Origin: Vulcanimicrobiales bacterium | GTDB lineage: Bacteria > Vulcanimicrobiota > Vulcanimicrobiia > Vulcanimicrobiales > Vulcanimicrobiaceae | Length of the DNA stretch: 64,000 bases | Direction: 5' to 3' | Assembly (NCBI GenBank): GCA_038231455.1 | Contig: JBBRLI010000005.1 | Coordinates: 64,001 to 128,000 of the forward strand | In this document: in pieces, positions 35,338-45,021 of the stretch | Layout of the letters: each line of letters begins with the position of its first letter | Numbering within the stretch: position 1 is the first letter of the stretch | The notes under the pieces: model-generated | Seen by the model: only the letters and a program-made list of their open reading frames with translations | Told to the model about the DNA's origin: nothing | Databases searched by the model: none | Program-made: the position numbers and the translations under genes

Positions 35338-35675
35338 AACAAAGTGCCGACCTCGATGCCGTGTTCTCCGCGCTCGCCGACCCGACTCGGCGGAAGATCG
35401 TCGAGCGATTGACGCGCGGGGATCTCTCGGCCGGTGAAATAGCCGCCGGGTTTTCGATCTCTCAACCGGCGATCTCAAAGCACCTCAAAGTGCTAGAACG
35501 CTCGGGACTCTTGAAACGCAAAATCATCGGACGCGAACATCACCTGCGCCTTGCCCCACGAGCGATGCAAGCCGCAACGTCGTGGATTGAAACGCAGCAG
35601 AAATTTTGGACCGCTTCCTTCGACCGCCTGGACACCTATCTCGCCACAACGAAAGATGAGGACGACAAGCGATGA
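35331..35675 (+). CDS. ArsR/SmtB family transcriptional regulator
   Basis: FSALADPTRRKI…ISQPAISKHLKVLERSGL…GRE; coupled to SRPBCC. Confidence 0.94.
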   Translation: MVKQSADLDAVFSALADPTRRKIVERLTRGDLSAGEIAAGFSISQPAISKHLKVLERSGLLKRKIIGREHHLRLAPRAMQAATSWIETQQKFWTASFDRLDTYLATTKDEDDKR

Positions 35676-36127
35676 ACCAGACCAAAACGGCGAATGCGCC
35701 GATGCTTACCTTGCGCCGCACGTTCGCCGCGCCGCGCGCCCGCGTATTCGATGCCTGGACAAAACCCGACGTGCTCAAAGAATGGTTCGGGCCGCCGGGA
35801 TTTACGATTCCAACCGTCTCGATGGACGTGGTCGTCGGAGGCGCGTATCGAATCGTCATGCGCGCACCGGACGGCGAAGATTACATCGTGACCGGCGAAT
35901 TCAAAGCGATTCGCCCGCCGGAGCATCTCTCGTACACCTGGATCTGGGATGAAATGCCGCCGGATCCACAAGTGAATACGCTCGTGAGCATCGACTTCAT
36001 CGAGCACGGAAACGAAACCGAGATCGTGCTCACGCACGAAGGTTTCGCAAGCGAAGAATCGCGCGACCGGCATCAGAAGGGCTGGCTCGATACGTTCGCG
36101 AGCCTCGAGAAAGTCGTCACGACCTAA
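35672..36127 (+). CDS. SRPBCC (AHSA1-like) domain protein
   Basis: RTFAAPRARVFDAWT..WFGP…GGAYRIVM…YTWIWD…HQKGW. Confidence 0.92.
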   Translation: MNQTKTANAPMLTLRRTFAAPRARVFDAWTKPDVLKEWFGPPGFTIPTVSMDVVVGGAYRIVMRAPDGEDYIVTGEFKAIRPPEHLSYTWIWDEMPPDPQVNTLVSIDFIEHGNETEIVLTHEGFASEESRDRHQKGWLDTFASLEKVVTT

Positions 36128-36165
36128 GCAAAGGCAGCGGCATCGCATCGCCGAAGCGTGATGCG

Positions 36166-36402
36166 ATGCCGAACTCCGATACGAGCTGGGACGATCGCCT
36201 GCTGCCGCTCCTAACGGATGATTGGCAGAGCGCGGACTATCTGGCCGCCCGACTCCACGCGCCCGCACACACGGTCCTCGCGCGCCTGAAGGACATGATG
36301 CGCCGCAATCTCGTCGAGCGACGCATCACGCAAAAGCCGACGGGCAAAGGCCCGACCGGCCGGCCGTTGCAGATGGCCGAGTTCCGGCGCACGCCACTCT
36401 AG
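36166..36402 (+). CDS. Small winged-helix-like hypothetical protein
   Basis: SADYLAARL…TVLARLKDM..RNLVERR…GRP pattern typical of wHTH. Confidence 0.6.
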   Translation: MPNSDTSWDDRLLPLLTDDWQSADYLAARLHAPAHTVLARLKDMMRRNLVERRITQKPTGKGPTGRPLQMAEFRRTPL

Positions 36403-36411
36403 CGAACGACC

Positions 36412-37581
36412 GTGACTGATACCGTTGCCTCGAGCGTCGCGGCGTTCGTTGCGCTGCTCGCTTACGGTCTCACCGTTTCCATCGCAGCACAGCGCGTCCG
36501 CGTGCCGCCTGCTGTGTTACTCGTCGTCGTCGGCGCGATCTTTGGCACCATTTGGCATATCGCCCCGCCGTTTTCGTTTGGTCCGGCGCTGCTCGTCGTG
36601 TTCTTGCCGCCGCTCATCTTCGAGGCGGCATGGAATATCGATCTTGGCGAGATGCGGCGAGCCGCAGGGACGATCGCGACACTTGCCCTGCCGGGCACGC
36701 TCTTTAGCGCGTTTGCGATCGCTGGCGCGCTCGTTGTCATGCACGTCTTCGATTTTCCGATTGCGCTGCTCTTTGGTGCGATCGTCTGCGCGACCGATCC
36801 CGTGGCGGTTGTCGCCGTCTTTCGCAACGTTGCTGCACCCGCTCGCCTTGCGACGATCGTTGAAGCGGAGTCCCTTGCAAACGACGGTGTTGCCGTGGTC
36901 CTCTACGGCATCGCGCTTACCGTCGTCGGCGGCGGCGCAGTGGCATGGGCTTCTGGATCGCTGCAGCTCATCGTGTCGATCGGTGGCGGAATCTTGGTCG
37001 GGACGCTCTGCGCGATTCCGTCGTGGCTCGCACTTCGCCTCATTACCCTTGCCGAATACGAAGTCGCCGGTACGGTGGCGCTGGCGTACATCGCTTATTT
37101 GATCGCTGACCGTCTTGGCGTCTCCGGAATTTTCGCGACCACAGCAGCTGCAATTGCTTTACGCGCACTCTTGACTCGTCGAGCCAACCTCGATCACCGC
37201 GCTGACGTCGATGTCTTTTGGAATGCGACCGCATTTATCGCAAACGCCGTAGTCTTTCTTGCAACCGGTCTGCTGATCGATCTCCCGCGCGCCGTGCACG
37301 AGCCGGTGCTCGTGTTGACCGCCGTCATCGCAACCGTTGGGTCGCGCGTGTTCTTGGCGTTTGTTGCTGCTCGCGATCTGGCTGGACGAACCACCTTCGT
37401 CCTCGCCGGGATGCGCGGTGCGCTGCCACTTGCGCTGGCACTTGCATTGCCGCAGTCGATGCCGCATCGGGCGGAAATTGTCGACGGTGTGTTCGCGGTC
37501 GTTCTCGTAACACTCGTCGTACAGGGCGCTCCGCTCGAAGCCGTCGTGCGCCGATTCTATGGAGCGGCTCCGCGTTCGTAG
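36412..37581 (+). CDS. CPA1 family Na+/H+ antiporter
   Basis: FLPPLIFEAA, ATDPVAVVAVF, EAESLANDG, GMRGAL. Confidence 0.93.
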   Translation: MTDTVASSVAAFVALLAYGLTVSIAAQRVRVPPAVLLVVVGAIFGTIWHIAPPFSFGPALLVVFLPPLIFEAAWNIDLGEMRRAAGTIATLALPGTLFSAFAIAGALVVMHVFDFPIALLFGAIVCATDPVAVVAVFRNVAAPARLATIVEAESLANDGVAVVLYGIALTVVGGGAVAWASGSLQLIVSIGGGILVGTLCAIPSWLALRLITLAEYEVAGTVALAYIAYLIADRLGVSGIFATTAAAIALRALLTRRANLDHRADVDVFWNATAFIANAVVFLATGLLIDLPRAVHEPVLVLTAVIATVGSRVFLAFVAARDLAGRTTFVLAGMRGALPLALALALPQSMPHRAEIVDGVFAVVLVTLVVQGAPLEAVVRRFYGAAPRS

Positions 37582-38822
37582 CTGCGAGCGGAGCGCTCGA
37601 GCAAGAGCGTTCGCTCCCGCAAATTTTCGGTGAGCATCGCTGCGCGCTTGAATTCGATCGTGGCTTCGGCGAACCGCTCGAGCTTGAAGAGAAAGTCGCC
37701 GCGTACGCTTGGCAAAAGATAATAACTCGCAAGCGCCGGTTCGTGGGCGATGGAATCGATGATCTCAAGGCCCAACGCCGGTCCGTAGGCCATCGACACG
37801 GCGACGGCGCGATTGAGTTCGACAATCGGGCTCGGTGCGATTTGCGCGAGGGCGTCGTAGAGTGCGACGATGCATTGCCAGTCGGTCTTGCTTGCAACAC
37901 GAGCGCGGGCATGACATGCGGCGATCGCCGCCTGCAGTGCGTAAGGTCCAAGTGTTCCGTGCCGTTCGGCACGCGCAAGCGACGCGAGGCCGCGCCGAAT
38001 CAGGAGGCCATCCCAGCGACTGCGGTCTTGGTCCAGTAAGAGCACGGGTTCACCGCCGGGCCCGATCCGCGCGCGAAGACGCGAGGCTTGCAATTCCATG
38101 AGCGCAACGAGGCCGTGCACTTCAGCATCGTGCGGTACGAGCTCGGCGAGAACGCGTCCGACGCGAATGGCATCGTTGCAGAGCTCCGGGCGCGTCCAAT
38201 GCTCGCCCGCAGTCGCCGAGTAGCCCTCGTTGAAGATCAAATAAATAACGCCGAGCACCGACCCGAGTCGAGCCGGCAAGTCCGCTGTCGTCGGTACTTC
38301 GAAGGGGACGTGCGCTTCGGAAAGGGTGCGCTTCGCGCGCACGATACGCTGAGCGATGGTGGCGAGCGGAAGAAGAAACGCCGCTGCGATTTCTTCCGTG
38401 GTGAGACCGCCGACCAAACGCAGCGTAAGCGCGACGCGTGCCTCCATTGCGAGGATCGGATGACACGCGATGAGGATCAAGCGAAGAAGGGCATCATCTA
38501 CGCCCTCGTCGACGGCGGCGAATGGGTCGCTATCGTCTGCGAACGCCGCCTCCCGACCGATCGCCTCGTTTTTGCGCGCCATGTTCGTCGTTCTGCGGAT
38601 GGCATCGAGCGCGCGACGTTTGCCGACAGTCATCAGCCACGCGCCCGGATTTTCGGGGACACCGGTTTGCGGCCAACTCTCGAGCGCGGCGACGAGCGCA
38701 TCGTGGGCGAATTCTTCGGCTTGGCCGAGGTCCCCGACGATGCGCGCCAGTCCCGCGATGAGTTTTGCCGATTCGATTCGCCACACGGCATCGATCGTGC
38801 GATTGACGTCGGTTGACGACAC
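37557..38822 (-). CDS. ECF42-type sigma factor with C-terminal TPR extension
   Basis: WRIESAKL…AEEFAHDAL..ALESWP.TGVPENPGAWL, LRLILIACHP, AQRIVRAK, YLIFNEGY, GPYALQAAIAACH; paired with a DGPF protein. Confidence 0.93.
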   Translation of the reverse strand: MSSTDVNRTIDAVWRIESAKLIAGLARIVGDLGQAEEFAHDALVAALESWPQTGVPENPGAWLMTVGKRRALDAIRRTTNMARKNEAIGREAAFADDSDPFAAVDEGVDDALLRLILIACHPILAMEARVALTLRLVGGLTTEEIAAAFLLPLATIAQRIVRAKRTLSEAHVPFEVPTTADLPARLGSVLGVIYLIFNEGYSATAGEHWTRPELCNDAIRVGRVLAELVPHDAEVHGLVALMELQASRLRARIGPGGEPVLLLDQDRSRWDGLLIRRGLASLARAERHGTLGPYALQAAIAACHARARVASKTDWQCIVALYDALAQIAPSPIVELNRAVAVSMAYGPALGLEIIDSIAHEPALASYYLLPSVRGDFLFKLERFAEATIEFKRAAMLTENLRERTLLLERSARSYERGAAP

Positions 38823-38831
38823 GTCCGCGCG

Positions 38832-39257
38832 TTACGGTTTAACCATTTGCGTACGCATGCGTTCTTCTTGCTCGCGCAGTTCTGGCGTGAATGCATCGCC
38901 GAAATCATCGGCTTCGAACACCTGGCGCAGTTCGAGCACGACGTCCGCTTCACTCTCGATTGCGGGCCAGCGTTTGACCCATTCGAGCGCCTCCTCTTTC
39001 GAGCGCACTTCGATCATCGTGAACCCGGCGATGAGTTCTTTTGACTCGGCAAAAGGACCATCCATGACGCTGGGCTTTCCGGCGGAGAACGAAACGAGCG
39101 AGCCTTTCGCGGTCGGCTGCAGGCCTTCGGCGGCGACGAGAATACCCGCCTTCGCGAGTTCTTCGTGATACGTACCCATCGCGGCAAACAGATTTTCGGA
39201 TGGCATTACAAGCGCTTCGGTTTTCGCATCGGCGCGGCGAATGATCATAAATCGCAT
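38832..39257 (-). CDS. YciI/DGPF family protein
   Basis: DGPFAESKELIAGF motif; start set at ATG 39257. Confidence 0.93.
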   Translation of the reverse strand: MRFMIIRRADAKTEALVMPSENLFAAMGTYHEELAKAGILVAAEGLQPTAKGSLVSFSAGKPSVMDGPFAESKELIAGFTMIEVRSKEEALEWVKRWPAIESEADVVLELRQVFEADDFGDAFTPELREQEERMRTQMVKP

Positions 39258-39332
39258 TGGTAAGCCTTTCTCTTGCGGTGGTCGTTGAGCCGGTGCATCT
39301 CGCACGAGCCCCTTCGAGAGTTGGTTCTGATT

Positions 39333-39920
39333 TTACGTCGATCGAGGCGCAGCGAATTCGACATTGGCGCGAAAACATTCCGCGGCGTGGTCGTTTACCA
39401 CGCCCGTCGCCTGAAGATAGGCATAAACGATGGTTGGCCCGACAAAGCCGAAACCGCGCTGTTTGAGGTCGGCGCTGATCCGGTCGGAGAGCGGGGTCGT
39501 CGCGGGAAGCGGTGCTTCTAGGGGACGGTGCGTCACGATCGGTCGCTCATCGACAAACTTCCAGAGGTAAGCAGCAAACGATCCGAACTCACGCTGTACC
39601 GCGATGAACGCCACGGCGTTCTTGACCGTCGCGGCGATCTTGCCGCGGTGCCTGACGATCCTCGGATCGAGAGCAAGTTTTTTCATGGTCGCGACGGTAA
39701 AGCGGGCGACGGTCTGCGCATCAAAATCCTGAAATGCAGCGCGGTATCCGGCGCGCTTTCGTAAGACGGTGAGCCAACTGAGCCCGGCTTGCGCTCCTTC
39801 GAGGGTGAGCAGCTCGAAAAGCATCCGATCGTCGCGCTCCGGCACGCCCCACTCTTCATCGTGATACACGATTGATTCCGGCGCGGTCGCCCAACCGCAT
39901 CGAATTAGCGATCCGTTCAG
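39333..39920 (-). CDS. tag: DNA-3-methyladenine glycosylase I
   Basis: RCGWA…YHDEEWG, LFELLTLEGAQAGLSW, GFGFVGPTIVYAYLQATGVVNDH..C. Start uncertain; CTG 39920 proposed. Confidence 0.94.
   Translation of the reverse strand: MNGSLIRCGWATAPESIVYHDEEWGVPERDDRMLFELLTLEGAQAGLSWLTVLRKRAGYRAAFQDFDAQTVARFTVATMKKLALDPRIVRHRGKIAATVKNAVAFIAVQREFGSFAAYLWKFVDERPIVTHRPLEAPLPATTPLSDRISADLKQRGFGFVGPTIVYAYLQATGVVNDHAAECFRANVEFAAPRST
39337..39363 (-). promoter_or_regulatory. ECF42-type promoter of the DGPF-ECF42 operon
   Basis: Minus strand TGTCGA-N17-CGAC, matching the ECF42 -35 TGTCGA / -10 CG(A/T)C pattern; lies inside the last codons of tag. Confidence 0.7.
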
Positions 39921-40279
39921 TCGTGCGGGCTCGATGCGAACGCGATGCGGGATGAGGGCTGCGGCCGGTCGACGTTGTTTTTGAATATCCGCAGATGAAT
40001 GATCCGCCATGGGTGGCTGCGCGTGTCGGCTTGGGCCATGACGATCATCCCCGCTCGGAGGCGGTGGAGCGGGCCACGTTCGAGACGACAGACTTCCATT
40101 GCTTCGCCCGAGGTTTGTGTCGGGCCGCGGGCGATGAGGAGAGTCCCGCGCAAGTGGTCGACGGAGACGATTTTGCCCGCGAACCAGATGTCGTATCCCG
40201 GCTCGGCGGCGACGGCGAGCGTGCCCGCGCCAATGAGGACGAGCAGCAGGGCAAACGCACGAACCCGGGAGGCTCCCAT
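39917..40279 (-). CDS. Small exported beta-rich (OB-fold-like) hypothetical protein
   Basis: Signal peptide; GKIVSVDHLRGTLLIA…LRAGMIV pattern; operonic spacing. Confidence 0.6.
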   Translation of the reverse strand: MGASRVRAFALLLVLIGAGTLAVAAEPGYDIWFAGKIVSVDHLRGTLLIARGPTQTSGEAMEVCRLERGPLHRLRAGMIVMAQADTRSHPWRIIHLRIFKNNVDRPQPSSRIAFASSPHD

Positions 40280-40286
40280 GAATCAA

Positions 40287-41624
40287 CTATTTCTTATCGG
40301 CGACGATGTCACTTCCCAATACGATTGTAACGTCGACATCGGTGTCGGTCGTATTCGACGCACGGAGAATTGCATCTTGCGCGTTCTTCCCGAGGGCCTT
40401 GCGGATGCGGTAGGAGTTGGTCGCGCCCGTCTGCTGTGACCGGATCAGCGTGACGAGGTTGTCATGCGTCGGGGCATCACGCACATCGGCGACGGTAAAA
40501 CCGCTGCGTCGCAGGTCGGAGGCGACACGGGCAGCGAGGCCGGCGACCAGCGTCCCGTTTTCTACGCGAATGCGGATCGTCTCCGGCGCGGCCGCAGCGA
40601 CCTCCGGTTCTGAGGACGCGAGCATTGAGGCGACAAGGCGGCGTTTTTCGGTCTCGTCGGGCACGAGTGAATCGCCGTAATCAGGAAGCATGATGTTGCG
40701 TACGTACGGCACTTGCGCGGTCGCAATGTGGCTCGCCGGGACGTGGGCGAAGGCGATCGCCGTTGAGACTTGTTCTTGCGTGCTTAAATTTGTCTCGACG
40801 TCGTCGTGCATAACCGCAAGGAGCTGCCGCACGTGCGTGACGGTGTTGAATTGATTGTGTTCGATCTTGTCGAGAACGGCATGGATCATCTGCTGCTGGC
40901 GCAAGATTCGGCACGGGTCGCTGCACCAGTCGTGGCGGAAGCGCGCGTAGGCTACGGCTTGTTCGCCGGTAAAGTGTTGGTAGCCGGGCTTGAAGTGGAT
41001 CGAAAGATGGCCCCAATGATCGTCGTAATCGATCGGACCGTTCTTTCCGGTCCCACGAAGCGCGTCGGCATTTTTCGCGACCAGATCTACTCCGCCGATC
41101 GCATTGACGAGATCTTTTGCCGTGTTGATGCGTAGCACGATGTAGCGATCGAACGGCTTACTGCCGAGCCATTCAGCCACGACCGCTTGCGATTCTTGGA
41201 TCCCGCCTTCGGACTGCGCTTGATTGATCTTCGCACGCCGTCCGCCGGGCAGCGAGGCAACCATGTCGCGCGGGATCGAGAGTTCGGAGATGCGCTGCGC
41301 TGCAAAGTCGAGGTTGAGTGCCATGATGATATCGCTGCGCGCCTGCTTTGAGGTCTCCTGATCTTTTACGTCGTAATCGTAATCGAGCCCGACGAGTAGC
41401 ACGCGTAGGTTATTTTTGCCGAAGAGCGTCTTTGGATCCGGCACGAAGAACGATTCGACGGCACGGACCGGCGACGACGCGATCTGCCGTGCTTGCTCGG
41501 CAATACCCGGTCGAAACGCGAAAAAACCAATGAAGGCGGAGAGCACGCCACACACAGCGAGCGCGGAAATCACGATGCGATTCGAGAGATAGTCCACGAA
41601 GCGGCGCTTAGTCAGTGGGGCCAT
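40287..41624 (-). CDS. LCP (LytR-CpsA-Psr) family protein with LytR C-terminal domain
   Basis: RSDIIM, LSIPRD, KINQA, AVAYARFRH…D..RILRQQ; VENGT..GLAARV…DVTIVLGSD. Confidence 0.94.
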   Translation of the reverse strand: MAPLTKRRFVDYLSNRIVISALAVCGVLSAFIGFFAFRPGIAEQARQIASSPVRAVESFFVPDPKTLFGKNNLRVLLVGLDYDYDVKDQETSKQARSDIIMALNLDFAAQRISELSIPRDMVASLPGGRRAKINQAQSEGGIQESQAVVAEWLGSKPFDRYIVLRINTAKDLVNAIGGVDLVAKNADALRGTGKNGPIDYDDHWGHLSIHFKPGYQHFTGEQAVAYARFRHDWCSDPCRILRQQQMIHAVLDKIEHNQFNTVTHVRQLLAVMHDDVETNLSTQEQVSTAIAFAHVPASHIATAQVPYVRNIMLPDYGDSLVPDETEKRRLVASMLASSEPEVAAAAPETIRIRVENGTLVAGLAARVASDLRRSGFTVADVRDAPTHDNLVTLIRSQQTGATNSYRIRKALGKNAQDAILRASNTTDTDVDVTIVLGSDIVADKK

Positions 41625-41698
41625 GGAGTCCCTAGTGCAAGTGGGTAACCGGCAAGTCGGTTTAACCAGTTGCTAACTTGCCGACGCCAAGATAGCAA

Positions 41699-42448
41699 GT
41701 GAAGCGCATTGTAGCTTTCACTCGAGAGGAAGCACGTATTTCAACTAAATTTTCCCGACCAACCGGCCCACCGGAAAGTCACGCGGTCGGACGACTTGGA
41801 TGGTTGCGGGCAGCGGTCTTAGGCGCGAACGACGGACTGCTGTCGACCGCGAGTCTTATTGTGGGCGTGGCGTCTGCGGCTGGAACGCATGCAAACATTC
41901 TCATAGCCGGGGGTGCCGGGCTTGTCGCTGGTGCCATGTCGATGGCCGCCGGGGAGTACGTTTCCGTCAGTTCGCAAGCCGATTCTGAACGAGCCGATAT
42001 CGGTCGAGAGAAAAGAGAACTGCAACAAGACCGAGTTGGAGAGCTCGAAGAATTGGCGGGCATTTACGTCGCACGAGGTCTCGCTCCGAGTTTGGCTCAC
42101 CAAGTCGCCGAGCAGCTGATGGAGCATGATGCGCTGGGCGCCCACGAACGCGACGAACTGGGCATCTCCGAGGCCACAACGGCAAGACCGGTCCAAGCTG
42201 CACTCGCGTCGGCCGGCTCATTTGCGATCGGCGCTCTCTTGCCGCTTCTGTTTGTGATCGTTGTACCGGTCCAATCGCTCGTCATGGTCGTCTCGGTTGC
42301 GTCGCTGATTTTTCTTGCGTTACTTGGCGCAGTTTCGGCCAGAGTTGGTGGCGCACCGATCCTCAAATCGACCATCCGCGTCACGTTCTGGGGGGCTTTG
42401 GCGATGGCGGTGACGGCCGGAATCGGCGCGGCTTTCGGAGCCCGATGA
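41699..42448 (+). CDS. VIT1/CCC1 family transporter
   Basis: WLRAAVLGANDGLLS, AGAMSMAAGEYVSVSSQ, H.RDELG; start uncertain. Confidence 0.93.
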   Translation: MKRIVAFTREEARISTKFSRPTGPPESHAVGRLGWLRAAVLGANDGLLSTASLIVGVASAAGTHANILIAGGAGLVAGAMSMAAGEYVSVSSQADSERADIGREKRELQQDRVGELEELAGIYVARGLAPSLAHQVAEQLMEHDALGAHERDELGISEATTARPVQAALASAGSFAIGALLPLLFVIVVPVQSLVMVVSVASLIFLALLGAVSARVGGAPILKSTIRVTFWGALAMAVTAGIGAAFGAR

Positions 42449-42456
42449 GGCACTGT

Positions 42457-44007
42457 TCATGTATGCGCAAGGACCGTGTCCGTCATTACTCTGTTGAATA
42501 GTTCGGGCTGCTCGAATAGTGGCCGATGCCCAGAGGTATCAAAAATGATCAGCCGCTTCGTCGGTGCGTTCAGCTTTCGATACCACTCCGCAGCCAGCAA
42601 GGCACGGCCCCGCGCCTCGTGCCGGCCCTCGATAAGGTAAACCGGTACGTGGAGCCGGGGGACTTGCGTGCGGAAGTCGATGTTTTGCAACTGAGGATAG
42701 AGTACCGCGAATACGTCGATTACACCGGCGAAAGCGTGTAGCTGCTCCATCAAGCTATACTCTTTGACAAAGATGTTCGTGGAGTAGCCACCCGCGCTCT
42801 CGGCGTTGGCACGGTGATCGTAGGGATAAACGTCATTCTCGTACGTCAGCAAAGCCGGTTCATATTTGCGCACGTCCGAGTAGGGCGGCGGTCCATTTCT
42901 GGTCAGGGTGTTTCCTACTGCGGTCTTGCCGGTACGTTTGGCCCACGCGAGGGTATCGGAGTAGAAGATGCGGTCCGTTTCTCGGATGCTGACCATCTGC
43001 CCGGTGCCGATGAACGCCCGATACAGTTCGGGATGTTGTTGCACCGCGAGCACTCCGAGGATCGTTCCCCAGGAGTTACCGAGCACGTAGATTTTGTCTT
43101 GATGAAACCGGTTGCGGAGGTAATTCGTCACCTCGACGGTGTCGCGAACCGCGCCGTCAAGCGTGAGCGTCGAGGTCGGGTCGAGTTGATCGTAGGACTT
43201 GCCGGCACCACGCTGATCGAAGGTAACAACCACGAAGTTCTGCTCGAGCGCTTGGCCGTGCCGGCGCATCGCCCCCATCTCTCCGGCCCCCGGGCCACCA
43301 GCGAGGAACAGCAGCACCGGATTTGTCGTCTTGCGCCCTCGGATCATCATCGCGAGGCGGTGACCACCGATCTTCACGCGGGTCAGCTCGGCAATGCTTC
43401 CGGAGCGTGCGTGGCCGTCGCCGTCCAGAATTGGATCGGTGCTCGCCGAGCGGACGATGGCCAGGCTCAGTGCCACCATGCCTGCACTCGTCAGGGCTGC
43501 GCAAATCCAACGCAGCCACAACCCGATTTGTGTCCATCCGTGCCGGTGCCGTCCGGTGCGGTCAAGGCGGCGCGCGAGGGCTGCGCCGAACGTGACACCC
43601 AGCAGCATCGGCACGATGGTCAGAATGCCCTGAAATCCGCGGCCGAGGACGAAGGCGATAATGCCAAGTGTGCTGTCCAAGTGAATGGCGTCCACTAGCG
43701 GGCCCGTCGTCTTAATCCGCACGAGTTCGAATACGGCCACGAATACGGCGGGAATCAGCAGCATTACCCATCGGGTCCGCATAACGCGTCCCGCGAGCAA
43801 GCCCACAAGCAGGCTGCCGCCGATCGTGGCCAATGCCTGCGCTGATGTAATCGGTCCCCGGGGAGTCCACCATCCAGTCAGCACACCAAAGAGAGCAGCG
43901 GCGGCCAGAGCGAATCGCAACCCGATTCTTCGATTCCGCGTCGCCGCAAATGCGCGGTTGGCAGCGGCGATCCATGTAAGGGCGCTGCGAGGCAATGCGT
44001 TGCTCAC
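42457..44007 (-). CDS. Membrane-anchored alpha/beta hydrolase (proline iminopeptidase-like)
   Basis: About 5 N-terminal TM; LAGGPG, DQRGAGKS, GNSWG nucleophile, SGHRP; start set at GTG 44007. Confidence 0.88.
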   Translation of the reverse strand: MSNALPRSALTWIAAANRAFAATRNRRIGLRFALAAAALFGVLTGWWTPRGPITSAQALATIGGSLLVGLLAGRVMRTRWVMLLIPAVFVAVFELVRIKTTGPLVDAIHLDSTLGIIAFVLGRGFQGILTIVPMLLGVTFGAALARRLDRTGRHRHGWTQIGLWLRWICAALTSAGMVALSLAIVRSASTDPILDGDGHARSGSIAELTRVKIGGHRLAMMIRGRKTTNPVLLFLAGGPGAGEMGAMRRHGQALEQNFVVVTFDQRGAGKSYDQLDPTSTLTLDGAVRDTVEVTNYLRNRFHQDKIYVLGNSWGTILGVLAVQQHPELYRAFIGTGQMVSIRETDRIFYSDTLAWAKRTGKTAVGNTLTRNGPPPYSDVRKYEPALLTYENDVYPYDHRANAESAGGYSTNIFVKEYSLMEQLHAFAGVIDVFAVLYPQLQNIDFRTQVPRLHVPVYLIEGRHEARGRALLAAEWYRKLNAPTKRLIIFDTSGHRPLFEQPELFNRVMTDTVLAHT

Positions 44008-44303
44008 AAGCCGGCAATTTCTGAGGTCACCATAACACACGCCCACAAAAGAGCATCACCGCAATTGCGATTAAGAGTCCGATGCTCGATGAGATCAGGC
44101 CGGTAGGCGTTGAACGAGGCCCATCGCGCCCGTCGCAATCGATTGCACGTCTGCGGCGTTTTTCGGGATCCACCGCGCTGAACCGGCACAAGATCGTTCG
44201 GGCCGTGACGTTGCAGCCGCCGTGCCGCCTCGAGGCTTGTGAGCCCGAGCAGCATACTTCCAGCCTCGCCGGGCGCCAAATCAATGTTCGCGGCATTTGG
44301 CAT
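44004..44303 (-). pseudogene. Remnant of a P-type cation-transporting ATPase (N-terminal motif only)
   Basis: GLTSLEAARRLQRHGPNDL is the Cation_ATPase_N motif; no TM/A/P/N domains follow and the frame ends within about 100 codons. Confidence 0.65.
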
Positions 44304-44444
44304 TGTATGGCTGACTTTAAGCAATTCCCATGTGCATTGCGTGAAGAAGGCCACCGACGAGAATTCTCATCATCTTCACGAGAGATTCGAAGCGAGGCGC
44401 TACGTTCTAGCAAACGACCCCGTGGCCGAGATGAGGATATGTCA

Positions 44445-44930
44445 ATGTTTTCGAAAATCGTTGTCGCAGTCGACGGCGGGGGCCTTACCTCGAAGATCAC
44501 GGCATATGCTGTGCGACATGCCGGGCGGGCTGAGATGCACTTTGTGTGCGCGCTCGACCCCAATCGATTCTTTAGCGATGCGACGGCGGGAATTTTCGAT
44601 GCGGCAACCGAGCACACGGCCGCTATCGCGGCCGCACGGGCGGTCGTCGACCAATGCGTTGCGACTGCAACGAAAGCCGGAGTTCGAGCCGATGGACACG
44701 TCGTGGAACAACCTCCGGTGGATGCGATCCTTGATACGGTCCGGAAGACCGGAGCTGACGTAATCGTGATGGCATCGCATGGCCGGAGCGGACTTACCCG
44801 GGTTGTAATGGGCTCCGTTGCGGAAGGCGTCGCCCGTCGAGCGAGCGTTGCAGTGCTCTTCGTGCCCACGCGATCGCTCGCAGACGCGAAGCCAGAAGCG
44901 ATTTTTGAAGATATTCCGTCTCTAAGGTAA
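44445..44930 (+). CDS. Universal stress protein
   Basis: MFSKIVVAVDG…ADVIVMASHGRSGLTRVVMGSVAEGV; GAGGA RBS. Confidence 0.93.
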   Translation: MFSKIVVAVDGGGLTSKITAYAVRHAGRAEMHFVCALDPNRFFSDATAGIFDAATEHTAAIAAARAVVDQCVATATKAGVRADGHVVEQPPVDAILDTVRKTGADVIVMASHGRSGLTRVVMGSVAEGVARRASVAVLFVPTRSLADAKPEAIFEDIPSLR

Positions 44931-45021
44931 GCGGCGCGTTTACTCGCTACAACGCAAACGCTGGCCGGCCAAGCTGGTAAGCGATCCGTGTAGCTCGCAC
45001 GTGATGCGGGCACCTTAGCCA

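Noticed and set aside
41645-41690. Inverted repeat CGGCAAGT…ACTTGCCG between divergent LCP and VIT genes
   Set aside because: Short arms with a long spacer and no U-tract; could be an operator but cannot be assigned.
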